From assembly GCA_964016885.1 (NCBI GenBank), contig OZ024742.1, positions 217,868,001-217,932,000 of the forward strand: a stretch of 64,000 nucleotides of DNA. The letters are read 5' to 3'. Every line of letters starts with the position of its first letter. The first letter of the stretch is position 1. The notes under the pieces are model-generated. The model was not told the DNA's origin. It worked only from the letters and a program-made list of their open reading frames with translations, and did not search any database. Positions 34,501 to 46,000 of the stretch are shown in pieces. This DNA is from Eledone cirrhosa. Taxonomy: Eukaryota. Both the position numbers and the translations under genes were made by a program.

Positions 34501-34964
34501 GGCTCTACAGACACGGGCGCCCGGGTAGGGACCCCGCCAAAAAGATCTGTCCCAGATGCGTGTGCGACGAGGAAACCGTTGCACACGCATTGGTACACTG
34601 CTCGGGCGTAGCCGATCTGTGGGGCTATGTCGAACAACTGCTGTCAAGGGTGGGACCGATCCGGTTGACCACCGAGTCTATTGTAATGATCAAGCCGCCT
34701 CCCCCCTTCAAAGATGAAGCAGAGGCGGTGTTTCTGTGCGTAATAGCCATGGCGAAAGAGGTTGTATGGTGGACGCGTCTGAAAGGACTGAGGTCAGGCA
34801 CCTTTCTCTCTGGCCAACAACTGGTCCGTTTCTTCCGATTTCATTTCGGAAGAAGGATCAGGATGGAGAGAGAGGTGCTGCACCCCAGCCGTTTTTATGA
34901 AAGGTGGGTGAAAGTGGCGAGAATGGCCCGTGTGAATGGGCCTTCTCTTTACATAAGCCTGTAG
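31527..34964 (+). CDS. ORF2 APE-RT, intact YADD
   Basis: ATG at 31527 aligns with the family A start; all APE and RT motifs present. Confidence 0.96.
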   Translation: MAMLRVGCLNARGLGSTWKQAMLLNDLRSQRIDVMVICEARISNVRQLAPAFDDFEMHASLCQPGGGGGVVVLLQKHLGLATQMVHLDPEGRLVVLDLGSGKGGAFRLVAAYGPFGSMRPDFFHRLETFLGTSRSLLLVGDWNGILDARWDYVGACPDSEGCNSLKGLIGRFDLADRYRLDFPTAPTWTWANRSGSSRSYLDRFLVRIKDKDFLSCPKMRMVGYSDHKLVTCMVNLDRTHRQGPGYWKLNLSLPASRAYRNRISTLVKERLTGAIVNSRWWVSLKREIRVVSIEFSKVLAADRNRKERELIDRVEEAIRSGDVARVLASRTALSQFFDAKHEGCVVRSKIRALGNEGTKAVSWARVTEANSGTKSTIRSLRDLDGRAILEPKQMCEAFQRHFARLFGRGGEPVGNVDFGPYLDGLPRLSDREAKSCEEPISAAEIEDVLSQCGKRKSPGLDGLPYELYLAMPDLFPDLLEAVYCNWQQNGRIPCTVTKGVVTLVRKDENKGDEISNFRPITLLNTELQILAKVLAKRLALVVGNLVGDAQTCAIPSRSIHDNLHLMRYIIERVGNEPGFGGALINLDQSKAFDRVDHGYLDAVLAAAGFGPVFRGWITAMHSSRICSRVKVNGYLSEPFKIARSIRQGCPLSSLLYVLTLEPLLRKLELLQGIPLEPGLRKAVSAYADDVTVMVSTASEIEAVGTLLEEYEKFTGAKLNRDKSIGLQLGTWRGRPMPSDGVVGRWTEGPVKLLGVWFGPDLQVEKNWAEVTNRVFALTQKWASCKLSLKGRAEVANTYIASVIYYRLTVVPCPRETLTKMERALFQFLWKRRAPMVRRSICCQHPSKGGLGMPWLMMRKHALRLRHLYVFLTGQPVWASFVRRTFPRLVSLTELQSWVKQRPRKLGAWHTECAQALTALWQADPVISGDSTATFYRGLVRSRCDDALGEALDMEEDELASLFGRTFSPGPMDNFQKSLAWQCYRGALPVRERLYRHGRPGRDPAKKICPRCVCDEETVAHALVHCSGVADLWGYVEQLLSRVGPIRLTTESIVMIKPPPPFKDEAEAVFLCVIAMAKEVVWWTRLKGLRSGTFLSGQQLVRFFRFHFGRRIRMEREVLHPSRFYERWVKVARMARVNGPSLYISL

Positions 34965-35517
34965 GTGGAAAAGAGGAAGGAACGAGGGAGCACCCCCTCT
35001 CTGTGCTCCTGAGGAAAAGGGTTGCACACTTTTTTCGGGGGTGTGTGCGACCCCCCAAGGCGCCTCCTCTCTATTGAGGATTTTGTTAAAAATTTTATTT
35101 TTTGTTATATCTTATTTTATTTTTATATTTTGTTATTGCCTCCTCCTTATTGAGGACGCCTTTTTGTGTAAACTCCCCCCTTTGTACTTGTCCCACTTTT
35201 GATGCCCTAGTGGCAAATAAAAGAAACTTATCTATCTATTAATCTATCTATCTATCTATCTCTGGGATGGACACACGCGTATAACTTGCTGAGTAAGTTC
35301 TGTTTAAATTTCTATAGAAATTCTTGTCTGATAACTTTAATTTTTGTACCATTTTGTAGAGGGACTGCCAGGTCAAACTTTGATCTGGTCAGTCTCTCAA
35401 AATATTCTACGCCTTTAGGCGAAATAGTTAAAAAAAAAGTTTTTTCTTGTTGAAAAGTCAATATTTTTTTAAATGGCCGAAGCTTCTTCACCAAAATTCG
35501 AAGGAGGAAAGGGGTAG

Positions 35518-37266
35518 ATGAACTTACAGCTTCCCCCTGCCACTGTCACAGTAGCAGAGGTCAAGAAGATAGGTCAGCCAGAGGAAGAATTCTCTCCACC
35601 TGTTAACCGACAACTTGACGTTGCCATGGCAACAACCCAAAGAACCAGCAGCAACAGCAACAACAACAACAATGCGACGGACGAAAACAACACCAATAAC
35701 AATAACAATAACAACAACAACAAGACCAATAACGGTGACAACAACAACAATGATAACAACAACACCACCAACGACAACAACAACACAAACAAACAAAATT
35801 TCTCCTTCGCCGAGACGACAAGGAAAACCCTCGACTATCTACCAGTAGATATAACAAAAGCGAAGGAGCTACTGGCGGATGCGAAAAAATATATAGTGTA
35901 CGGGGAAAATGGTTCATTCACAATCCATTCCCCCCCGGAACTAAAAAGCCAGAGACTCCTAAACACGGTCATGTTTAGGACAATCTCGAACAAAAGTAAA
36001 AAACCAGCTCAACCATCACAGAGCGAGATAGAGCTGGTTTTAAAAGACGTCATGAAGGACATCACCTTCATTCAGAAGGATAGACTCTACGGGAGTCTAT
36101 CCATTCTCATGAAGGACAGGGACACAGCAGTGAAACTGTCCATCAAACCAATCACATCCACCGCATACACCTTCTACCCTACGTACATGGGTAGAAGAAC
36201 ACAACAAATAAAAATCCACACCATCCTGCCGATTATGGACATATGGTGGGTTTTGACAGGTTTTCTGGACCTGGAGGATGACATGCTGGTGTCCATGGGA
36301 AAGGCATCGGGTGACGCGTTCAGTGGAACGAGCCTCGAACTTGTAGTTCAAATGAGGCCCGAAAGGATCGCCCAGATCCCTGAACGCGTCATACTGGATG
36401 ATCTAACCTTCATCAACATTACCGTTGAGGGTAGACGGCCCTCGTGTTACCTCTGCGGAACCAGAGGTCACCTGAGGGCTGTCTGTCCCCAACTTAATAA
36501 GAAAACCCCAATCCTGCCTACACCACCAACAACTGCACAACCAACACAATCACCACAACTACCACTACAAAAACAACCACCACAGCTCAAACCAAAACAA
36601 AACAATGTCCAACCCATCCCCTCCACTCAAAAAACAAAAACAATTTCCAAAACACCCGTACCGCAAACACAACCCGAAAATATACCCCTCCCCTCCAACG
36701 CGGAAGATGACCCTAGTTCGTCGTCAGACGAGGAGGAGCACTTCCACACAATCAAAAGAAAAAAAAGAAAACACACCTCAGACACACAAATGAAAAAAAA
36801 CCCTCCCCAAAACATAACACTGACACCAACACAAAAGAGCTCACAACAACAGCAAACAAAAAACACCACACAAAAACAAAAACATGCATACACATACATA
36901 AATACAAGAAACAAAAAACTGTTAAACATTGTGTACAACAACAATCTAATAAAAACACAAGGGCCTAACTTCACCCAGGCAGGGGATTTCCCCCACCTCA
37001 AAATGATTAAGGCCCCACAGGACACCTATAAAACTTTAAAAAACAATTTTAAAGAGGACGTGGGTCCCCCCTGCGTCGGGCCCATTAACCGCGTCCTCCT
37101 AAAAAACTATCCCACCCCCTCCCCAAACACCCACACAACTCCAAGCTCCCCAACCACACATCACACTGATGCCCCCACACTTCCACAAACCACCACCCCA
37201 CCCAACAACCCATCCCCCACCCTAATGGAAATTGTGCAGCCCGATACCCGGGACGCAGAGAGGTAA
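35518..37266 (+). CDS. ORF1 (582 aa)
   Basis: Identical to B1 ORF1. Confidence 0.9.
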   Translation: MNLQLPPATVTVAEVKKIGQPEEEFSPPVNRQLDVAMATTQRTSSNSNNNNNATDENNTNNNNNNNNNKTNNGDNNNNDNNNTTNDNNNTNKQNFSFAETTRKTLDYLPVDITKAKELLADAKKYIVYGENGSFTIHSPPELKSQRLLNTVMFRTISNKSKKPAQPSQSEIELVLKDVMKDITFIQKDRLYGSLSILMKDRDTAVKLSIKPITSTAYTFYPTYMGRRTQQIKIHTILPIMDIWWVLTGFLDLEDDMLVSMGKASGDAFSGTSLELVVQMRPERIAQIPERVILDDLTFINITVEGRRPSCYLCGTRGHLRAVCPQLNKKTPILPTPPTTAQPTQSPQLPLQKQPPQLKPKQNNVQPIPSTQKTKTISKTPVPQTQPENIPLPSNAEDDPSSSSDEEEHFHTIKRKKRKHTSDTQMKKNPPQNITLTPTQKSSQQQQTKNTTQKQKHAYTYINTRNKKLLNIVYNNNLIKTQGPNFTQAGDFPHLKMIKAPQDTYKTLKNNFKEDVGPPCVGPINRVLLKNYPTPSPNTHTTPSSPTTHHTDAPTLPQTTTPPNNPSPTLMEIVQPDTRDAER

Positions 37267-37290
37267 GTGCCTTTTCTCTTCACCACCAAC

Positions 37291-40200
37291 ATGGCTATGC
37301 TAAGAGTAGGCTGTTTAAATGCGCGTGGCCTGGGCTCAACTTGGAAGCAAGCAATGCTTCTAAATGACCTCAGGTCACAACGTATAGATGTGATGGTTAT
37401 TTGCGAGGCCCGGATCAGCAACGTGCGACAGCTGGCCCCCGCCTTTGATGACTTTGAGATGCACGCATCTCTCTGTCAGCCCGGAGGCGGGGGTGGAGTT
37501 GTCGTTCTGCTGCAAAAACATCTGGGTCTCGCAACACAGATGGTACATTTGGACCCGGAGGGTCGACTAGTGGTTCTGGACCTTGGCAGTGGTAAAGGCG
37601 GAGCGTTTAGGTTGGTAGCCGCCTACGGCCCTTTCGGGTCAATGCGGCCGGACTTCTTCCATCGTCTGGAGACTTTTCTAGGGACGTCCCGCTCCTTGCT
37701 ATTAGTGGGGGACTGGAATGGTATCCTAGATGCACGCTGGGACTACGTAGGGGCCTGCCCCGATAGCGAGGGGTGTAATAGCCTCAAAGGGTTAATCGGT
37801 CGATTTGACCTGGCCGATAGATATCGACTAGATTTTCCGACTGCGCCAACCTGGACTTGGGCAAATCGTAGCGGATCATCTAGGTCGTACCTAGATAGGT
37901 TCTTAGTTAGAATTAAGGATAAGGACTTTTTAAGTTGTCCAAAAATGCGCATGGTTGGCTATTCAGACCACAAATTAGTGACCTGCATGGTCAACCTTGA
38001 CAGAACTCATAGACAGGGCCCCGGTTACTGGAAGCTCAACTTGTCCTTGCCGGCAAGTAGAGCCTACAGGAATCGGATTAGTACGTTAGTTAAGGAACGG
38101 TTGACTGGAGCGATCGTCAACAGCAGGTGGTGGGTATCTCTAAAGAGAGAGATTAGAGTAGTCTCGATAGAATTTAGTAAGGTTCTAGCTGCGGATAGGA
38201 ATAGGAAGGAAAGGGAGCTAATAGATAGAGTAGAAGAGGCAATTAGAAGCGGCGACGTGGCCAGAGTGCTAGCGTCGAGAACGGCTTTGAGCCAGTTTTT
38301 CGACGCGAAGCACGAAGGCTGCGTTGTCCGAAGTAAAATACGTGCTCTAGGGAACGAGGGGACCAAAGCTGTTAGCTGGGCCCGCGTGACAGAGGCCAAC
38401 AGTGGAACTAAATCCACCATCCGGTCTTTGCGAGACCTGGATGGACGAGCGATTCTTGAGCCTAAGCAGATGTGTGAGGCCTTTCAAAGGCACTTTGCCC
38501 GACTGTTCGGGAGGGGCGGGGAGCCGGTTGGGAACGTGGACTTCGGTCCATACCTCGACGGCCTGCCGCGCCTCTCGGACAGGGAGGCGAAGTCCTGCGA
38601 GGAGCCGATTTCGGCCGCTGAGATAGAGGACGTGCTGAGCCAATGCGGCAAACGCAAATCCCCGGGTCTCGATGGTCTTCCTTACGAATTATATCTAGCT
38701 ATGCCGGACTTGTTCCCTGATCTCCTCGAGGCGGTCTACTGCAACTGGCAACAGAACGGGAGAATTCCCTGTACTGTGACCAAGGGCGTAGTCACGCTAG
38801 TGAGGAAGGACGAGAACAAGGGGGACGAAATAAGTAACTTCAGGCCCATAACACTGCTAAATACAGAGTTACAGATTTTGGCCAAGGTGCTAGCAAAGAG
38901 GTTGGCGCTTGTCGTGGGCAACCTGGTGGGAGATGCGCAGACATGCGCTATCCCGTCCAGGTCCATCCATGACAACCTCCACCTCATGCGATACATCATA
39001 GAGAGGGTTGGGAACGAACCCGGCTTTGGTGGGGCTCTGATCAACTTGGATCAATCTAAGGCGTTCGATAGGGTCGACCATGGTTACCTGGATGCGGTGC
39101 TAGCGGCGGCAGGCTTCGGACCCGTTTTCAGGGGCTGGATCACTGCTATGCACAGCAGCCGCATCTGCTCTAGGGTCAAGGTGAACGGCTACCTCTCGGA
39201 GCCGTTCAAAATCGCGCGGTCCATCCGACAAGGGTGCCCTCTCTCCTCCCTTCTGTATGTGTTGACTCTCGAGCCACTACTGCGGAAGTTGGAGTTGTTG
39301 CAGGGCATCCCTTTGGAACCGGGATTGCGGAAAGCGGTGTCGGCCTACGCCGATGACGTGACAGTAATGGTGTCGACGGCCTCCGAAATCGAGGCGGTCG
39401 GCACCTTACTGGAGGAGTACGAAAAGTTCACAGGGGCTAAGCTGAACCGGGACAAGTCGATCGGTTTGCAACTCGGCACGTGGAGGGGCAGACCGATGCC
39501 CTCCGATGGCGTCGTCGGACGCTGGACGGAGGGCCCGGTGAAGTTGCTCGGGGTCTGGTTCGGACCGGACCTCCAGGTGGAGAAAAACTGGGCGGAGGTT
39601 ACGAACAGGGTGTTTGCACTGACCCAGAAGTGGGCCAGTTGCAAACTATCCCTGAAAGGTCGGGCGGAGGTGGCGAACACCTACATAGCGTCCGTCATCT
39701 ACTACCGCCTGACCGTAGTGCCCTGCCCAAGGGAAACCCTCACCAAGATGGAGCGCGCGCTCTTCCAATTCCTTTGGAAGAGGCGGGCTCCTATGGTGAG
39801 GAGATCCATCTGCTGTCAACACCCTTCGAAAGGAGGGCTGGGGATGCCGTGGCTAATGATGCGTAAACACGCATTAAGGCTACGGCACCTCTACGTATTC
39901 CTCACCGGACAACCGGTGTGGGCCTCGTTTGTGAGACGAACCTTTCCCAGACTCGTCTCACTCACCGAGCTGCAATCCTGGGTCAAGCAAAGACCGAGAA
40001 AACTGGGCGCCTGGCACACTGAGTGTGCCCAGGCGCTCACCGCCCTCTGGCAGGCGGATCCGGTTATCAGTGGAGACTCCACCGCAACATTCTATAGAGG
40101 GCTGGTACGCAGCAGGTGCGACGACGCCCTCGGAGAAGCCCTAGACATGGAGGAGGACGAACTGGCCAGCCTGTTCGGTAGGACATTCAGCCCGGGACCT

Positions 40201-40728
40201 ATGGACAACTTCCAGAAGTCCCTGGCCTGGCAGTGCTACCGAGGGGCTTTACCCGTTCGAGAAAGGCTCTACAGACACGGGCGCCCGGGTAGGGACCCCG
40301 CCAAAAAGATCTGTCCCAGATGCGTGTGCGACGAGGAAACCGTTGCACACGCATTGGTACACTGCTCGGGCGTAGCCGATCTGTGGGGCTATGTCGAACA
40401 ACTGCTGTCAAGGGTGGGACCGATCCGGTTGACCACCGAGTCTATTGTAATGATCAAGCCGCCTCCCCCCTTCAAAGATGAAGCAGAGGCGGTGTTTCTG
40501 TGCGTAATAGCCATGGCGAAAGAGGTTGTATGGTGGACGCGTCTGAAAGGACTGAGGTCAGGCACCTTTCTCTCTGGCCAACAACTGGTCCGTTTCTTCC
40601 GATTTCATTTCGGAAGAAGGATCAGGATGGAGAGAGAGGTGCTGCACCCCAGCCGTTTTTATGAAAGGTGGGTGAAAGTGGCGAGAATGGCCCGTGTGAA
40701 TGGGCCTTCTCTTTACATAAGCCTGTAG
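37291..40728 (+). CDS. ORF2 APE-RT, intact YADD
   Basis: Identical to B1 ORF2. Confidence 0.96.
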   Translation: MAMLRVGCLNARGLGSTWKQAMLLNDLRSQRIDVMVICEARISNVRQLAPAFDDFEMHASLCQPGGGGGVVVLLQKHLGLATQMVHLDPEGRLVVLDLGSGKGGAFRLVAAYGPFGSMRPDFFHRLETFLGTSRSLLLVGDWNGILDARWDYVGACPDSEGCNSLKGLIGRFDLADRYRLDFPTAPTWTWANRSGSSRSYLDRFLVRIKDKDFLSCPKMRMVGYSDHKLVTCMVNLDRTHRQGPGYWKLNLSLPASRAYRNRISTLVKERLTGAIVNSRWWVSLKREIRVVSIEFSKVLAADRNRKERELIDRVEEAIRSGDVARVLASRTALSQFFDAKHEGCVVRSKIRALGNEGTKAVSWARVTEANSGTKSTIRSLRDLDGRAILEPKQMCEAFQRHFARLFGRGGEPVGNVDFGPYLDGLPRLSDREAKSCEEPISAAEIEDVLSQCGKRKSPGLDGLPYELYLAMPDLFPDLLEAVYCNWQQNGRIPCTVTKGVVTLVRKDENKGDEISNFRPITLLNTELQILAKVLAKRLALVVGNLVGDAQTCAIPSRSIHDNLHLMRYIIERVGNEPGFGGALINLDQSKAFDRVDHGYLDAVLAAAGFGPVFRGWITAMHSSRICSRVKVNGYLSEPFKIARSIRQGCPLSSLLYVLTLEPLLRKLELLQGIPLEPGLRKAVSAYADDVTVMVSTASEIEAVGTLLEEYEKFTGAKLNRDKSIGLQLGTWRGRPMPSDGVVGRWTEGPVKLLGVWFGPDLQVEKNWAEVTNRVFALTQKWASCKLSLKGRAEVANTYIASVIYYRLTVVPCPRETLTKMERALFQFLWKRRAPMVRRSICCQHPSKGGLGMPWLMMRKHALRLRHLYVFLTGQPVWASFVRRTFPRLVSLTELQSWVKQRPRKLGAWHTECAQALTALWQADPVISGDSTATFYRGLVRSRCDDALGEALDMEEDELASLFGRTFSPGPMDNFQKSLAWQCYRGALPVRERLYRHGRPGRDPAKKICPRCVCDEETVAHALVHCSGVADLWGYVEQLLSRVGPIRLTTESIVMIKPPPPFKDEAEAVFLCVIAMAKEVVWWTRLKGLRSGTFLSGQQLVRFFRFHFGRRIRMEREVLHPSRFYERWVKVARMARVNGPSLYISL

Positions 40729-41281
40729 GTGGAAAAGAGGAAGGAACGAGGGAGCACCCCCTCTCTGTGCTCCTGAGGAAAAGGGTTGCACACTTTTTTC
40801 GGGGGTGTGTGCGACCCCCCAAGGCGCCTCCTCTCTATTGAGGATTTTGTTAAAAATTTTATTTTTTGTTATATCTTATTTTATTTTTATATTTTGTTAT
40901 TGCCTCCTCCTTATTGAGGACGCCTTTTTGTGTAAACTCCCCCCTTTGTACTTGTCCCACTTTTGATGCCCTAGTGGCAAATAAAAGAAACTTATCTATC
41001 TATTAATCTATCTATCTATCTATCTCTGGGATGGACACACGCGTATAACTTGCTGAGTAAGTTCTGTTTAAATTTCTATAGAAATTCTTGTCTGATAACT
41101 TTAATTTTTGTACCATTTTGTAGAGGGACTGCCAGGTCAAACTTTGATCTGGTCAGTCTCTCAAAATATTCTACGCCTTTAGGCGAAATAGTTAAAAAAA
41201 AAGTTTTTTCTTGTTGAAAAGTCAATATTTTTTTAAATGGCCGAAGCTTCTTCACCAAAATTCGAAGGAGGAAAGGGGTAG

Positions 41282-42985
41282 ATGAACTTACAGCTTCCCC
41301 CTGCCACTGTCACAGTAGCAGAGGTCAAGAAGATAGGTCAGCCAGAGGAAGAATTCTCTCCACCTGTTAACCGACAACTTGACGTTGCCATGGCAACAAC
41401 CCAAAGAACCAGCAGCAACAGCAACAACAACAACAATGCGACGGACGAAAACAACACCAATAACAATAACAATAACAACAACAACAAGACCAATAACGGT
41501 GACAACAACAACAATGATAACAACAACACCACCAACGACAACAACAACACAAACAAACAAAATTTCTCCTTCGCCGAGACGACAAGGAAAACCCTCGACT
41601 ATCTACCAGTAGATATAACAAAAGCGAAGGAGCTACTGGCGGATGCGAAAAAATATATAGTGTACGGGGAAAATGGTTCATTCACAATCCATTCCCCCCC
41701 GGAACTAAAAAGCCAGAGACTCCTAAACACGGTCATGTTTAGGACAATCTCGAACAAAAGTAAAAAACCAGCTCAACCATCACAGAGCGAGATAGAGCTG
41801 GTTTTAAAAGACGTCATGAAGGACATCACCTTCATTCAGAAGGATAGACTCTACGGGAGTCTATCCATTCTCATGAAGGACAGGGACACAGCAGTGAAAC
41901 TGTCCATCAAACCAATCACATCCACCGCATACACCTTCTACCCTACGTACATGGGTAGAAGAACACAACAAATAAAAATCCACACCATCCTGCCGATTAT
42001 GGACATATGGTGGGTTTTGACAGGTTTTCTGGACCTGGAGGATGACATGCTGGTGTCCATGGGAAAGGCATCGGGTGACGCGTTCAGTGGAACGAGCCTC
42101 GAACTTGTAGTTCAAATGGATCTAACCTTCATCAACATTACCGTTGAGGGTAGACGGCCCTCGTGTTACCTCTGCGGAACCAGAGGTCACCTGAGGGCTG
42201 TCTGTCCCCAACTTAATAAGAAAACCCCAATCCTGCCTACACCACCAACAACTGCACAACCAACACAATCACCACAACTACCACTACAAAAACAACCACC
42301 ACAGCTCAAACCAAAACAAAACAATGTCCAACCCATCCCCTCCACTCAAAAAACAAAAACAATTTCCAAAACACCCGTACCGCAAACACAACCCGAAAAT
42401 ATACCCCTCCCCTCCAACGCGGAAGATGACCCTAGTTCGTCGTCAGACGAGGAGGAGCACTTCCACACAATCAAAAGAAAAAAAAGAAAACACACCTCAG
42501 ACACACAAATGAAAAAAAACCCTCCCCAAAACATAACACTGACACCAACACAAAAGAGCTCACAACAACAGCAAACAAAAAACACCACACAAAAACAAAA
42601 ACATGCATACACATACATAAATACAAGAAACAAAAAACTGTTAAACATTGTGTACAACAACAATCTAATAAAAACACAAGGGCCTAACTTCACCCAGGCA
42701 GGGGATTTCCCCCACCTCAAAATGATTAAGGCCCCACAGGACACCTATAAAACTTTAAAAAACAATTTTAAAGAGGACGTGGGTCCCCCCTGCGTCGGGC
42801 CCATTAACCGCGTCCTCCTAAAAAACTATCCCACCCCCTCCCCAAACACCCACACAACTCCAAGCTCCCCAACCACACATCACACTGATGCCCCCACACT
42901 TCCACAAACCACCACCCCACCCAACAACCCATCCCCCACCCTAATGGAAATTGTGCAGCCCGATACCCGGGACGCAGAGAGGTAA
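41282..42985 (+). CDS. ORF1 (567 aa, in-frame 15-aa deletion)
   Basis: RPERIAQIPERVILD is missing at 42118/42119. Confidence 0.88.
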   Translation: MNLQLPPATVTVAEVKKIGQPEEEFSPPVNRQLDVAMATTQRTSSNSNNNNNATDENNTNNNNNNNNNKTNNGDNNNNDNNNTTNDNNNTNKQNFSFAETTRKTLDYLPVDITKAKELLADAKKYIVYGENGSFTIHSPPELKSQRLLNTVMFRTISNKSKKPAQPSQSEIELVLKDVMKDITFIQKDRLYGSLSILMKDRDTAVKLSIKPITSTAYTFYPTYMGRRTQQIKIHTILPIMDIWWVLTGFLDLEDDMLVSMGKASGDAFSGTSLELVVQMDLTFINITVEGRRPSCYLCGTRGHLRAVCPQLNKKTPILPTPPTTAQPTQSPQLPLQKQPPQLKPKQNNVQPIPSTQKTKTISKTPVPQTQPENIPLPSNAEDDPSSSSDEEEHFHTIKRKKRKHTSDTQMKKNPPQNITLTPTQKSSQQQQTKNTTQKQKHAYTYINTRNKKLLNIVYNNNLIKTQGPNFTQAGDFPHLKMIKAPQDTYKTLKNNFKEDVGPPCVGPINRVLLKNYPTPSPNTHTTPSSPTTHHTDAPTLPQTTTPPNNPSPTLMEIVQPDTRDAER

Positions 42986-43009
42986 GTGCCTTTTCTCTTC
43001 ACCACCAAC

Positions 43010-46000
43010 ATGGCTATGCTAAGAGTAGGCTGTTTAAATGCGCGTGGCCTGGGCTCAACTTGGAAGCAAGCAATGCTTCTAAATGACCTCAGGTCACAAC
43101 GTATAGATGTGATGGTTATTTGCGAGGCCCGGATCAGCAACGTGCGACAGCTGGCCCCCGCCTTTGATGACTTTGAGATGCACGCATCTCTCTGTCAGCC
43201 CGGAGGCGGGGGTGGAGTTGTCGTTCTGCTGCAAAAACATCTGGGTCTCGCAACACAGATGGTACATTTGGACCCGGAGGGTCGACTAGTGGTTCTGGAC
43301 CTTGGCAGTGGTAAAGGCGGAGCGTTTAGGTTGGTAGCCGCCTACGGCCCTTTCGGGTCAATGCGGCCGGACTTCTTCCATCGTCTGGAGACTTTTCTAG
43401 GGACGTCCCGCTCCTTGCTATTAGTGGGGGACTGGAATGGTATCCTAGATGCACGCTGGGACTACGTAGGGGCCTGCCCCGATAGCGAGGGGTGTAATAG
43501 CCTCAAAGGGTTAATCGGTCGATTTGACCTGGCCGATAGATATCGACTAGATTTTCCGACTGCGCCAACCTGGACTTGGGCAAATCGTAGCGGATCATCT
43601 AGGTCGTACCTAGATAGGTTCTTAGTTAGAATTAAGGATAAGGACTTTTTAAGTTGTCCAAAAATGCGCATGGTTGGCTATTCAGACCACAAATTAGTGA
43701 CCTGCATGGTCAACCTTGACAGAACTCATAGACAGGGCCCCGGTTACTGGAAGCTCAACTTGTCCTTGCCGGCAAGTAGAGCCTACAGGAATCGGATTAG
43801 TACGTTAGTTAAGGAACGGTTGACTGGAGCGATCGTCAACAGCAGGTGGTGGGTATCTCTAAAGAGAGAGATTAGAGTAGTCTCGATAGAATTTAGTAAG
43901 GTTCTAGCTGCGGATAGGAATAGGAAGGAAAGGGAGCTAATAGATAGAGTAGAAGAGGCAATTAGAAGCGGCGACGTGGCCAGAGTGCTAGCGTCGAGAA
44001 CGGCTTTGAGCCAGTTTTTCGACGCGAAGCACGAAGGCTGCGTTGTCCGAAGTAAAATACGTGCTCTAGGGAACGAGGGGACCAAAGCTGTTAGCTGGGC
44101 CCGCGTGACAGAGGCCAACAGTGGAACTAAATCCACCATCCGGTCTTTGCGAGACCTGGATGGACGAGCGATTCTTGAGCCTAAGCAGATGTGTGAGGCC
44201 TTTCAAAGGCACTTTGCCCGACTGTTCGGGAGGGGCGGGGAGCCGGTTGGGAACGTGGACTTCGGTCCATACCTCGACGGCCTGCCGCGCCTCTCGGACA
44301 GGGAGGCGAAGTCCTGCGAGGAGCCGATTTCGGCCGCTGAGATAGAGGACGTGCTGAGCCAATGCGGCAAACGCAAATCCCCGGGTCTCGATGGTCTTCC
44401 TTACGAATTATATCTAGCTATGCCGGACTTGTTCCCTGATCTCCTCGAGGCGGTCTACTGCAACTGGCAACAGAACGGGAGAATTCCCTGTACTGTGACC
44501 AAGGGCGTAGTCACGCTAGTGAGGAAGGACGAGAACAAGGGGGACGAAATAAGTAACTTCAGGCCCATAACACTGCTAAATACAGAGTTACAGATTTTGG
44601 CCAAGGTGCTAGCAAAGAGGTTGGCGCTTGTCGTGGGCAACCTGGTGGGAGATGCGCAGACATGCGCTATCCCGTCCAGGTCCATCCATGACAACCTCCA
44701 CCTCATGCGATACATCATAGAGAGGGTTGGGAACGAACCCGGCTTTGGTGGGGCTCTGATCAACTTGGATCAATCTAAGGCGTTCGATAGGGTCGACCAT
44801 GGTTACCTGGATGCGGTGCTAGCGGCGGCAGGCTTCGGACCCGTTTTCAGGGGCTGGATCACTGCTATGCACAGCAGCCGCATCTGCTCTAGGGTCAAGG
44901 TGAACGGCTACCTCTCGGAGCCGTTCAAAATCGCGCGGTCCATCCGACAAGGGTGCCCTCTCTCCTCCCTTCTGTATGTGTTGACTCTCGAGCCACTACT
45001 GCGGAAGTTGGAGTTGTTGCAGGGCATCCCTTTGGAACCGGGATTGCGGAAAGCGGTGTCGGCCTACGCCGATGACGTGACAGTAATGGTGTCGACGGCC
45101 TCCGAAATCGAGGCGGTCGGCACCTTACTGGAGGAGTACGAAAAGTTCACAGGGGCTAAGCTGAACCGGGACAAGTCGATCGGTTTGCAACTCGGCACGT
45201 GGAGGGGCAGACCGATGCCCTCCGATGGCGTCGTCGGACGCTGGACGGAGGGCCCGGTGAAGTTGCTCGGGGTCTGGTTCGGACCGGACCTCCAGGTGGA
45301 GAAAAACTGGGCGGAGGTTACGAACAGGGTGTTTGCACTGACCCAGAAGTGGGCCAGTTGCAAACTATCCCTGAAAGGTCGGGCGGAGGTGGCGAACACC
45401 TACATAGCGTCCGTCATCTACTACCGCCTGACCGTAGTGCCCTGCCCAAGGGAAACCCTCACCAAGATGGAGCGCGCGCTCTTCCAATTCCTTTGGAAGA
45501 GGCGGGCTCCTATGGTGAGGAGATCCATCTGCTGTCAACACCCTTCGAAAGGAGGGCTGGGGATGCCGTGGCTAATGATGCGTAAACACGCATTAAGGCT
45601 ACGGCACCTCTACGTATTCCTCACCGGACAACCGGTGTGGGCCTCGTTTGTGAGACGAACCTTTCCCAGACTCGTCTCACTCACCGAGCTGCAATCCTGG
45701 GTCAAGCAAAGACCGAGAAAACTGGGCGCCTGGCACACTGAGTGTGCCCAGGCGCTCACCGCCCTCTGGCAGGCGGATCCGGTTATCAGTGGAGACTCCA
45801 CCGCAACATTCTATAGAGGGCTGGTACGCAGCAGGTGCGACGACGCCCTCGGAGAAGCCCTAGACATGGAGGAGGACGAACTGGCCAGCCTGTTCGGTAG
45901 GACATTCAGCCCGGGACCTATGGACAACTTCCAGAAGTCCCTGGCCTGGCAGTGCTACCGAGGGGCTTTACCCGTTCGAGAAAGGCTCTACAGACACGGG

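Larger units (their letters stand above)
29497..35227 (+). mobile_element. Full-length Tx1 family B copy B1
   Basis: Intact ORF1 and ORF2; TATC linkers on both sides. Confidence 0.97.
35261..40991 (+). mobile_element. Full-length Tx1 family B copy B2
   Basis: Exactly 5764 bp downstream of B1; identical translations. Confidence 0.97.
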
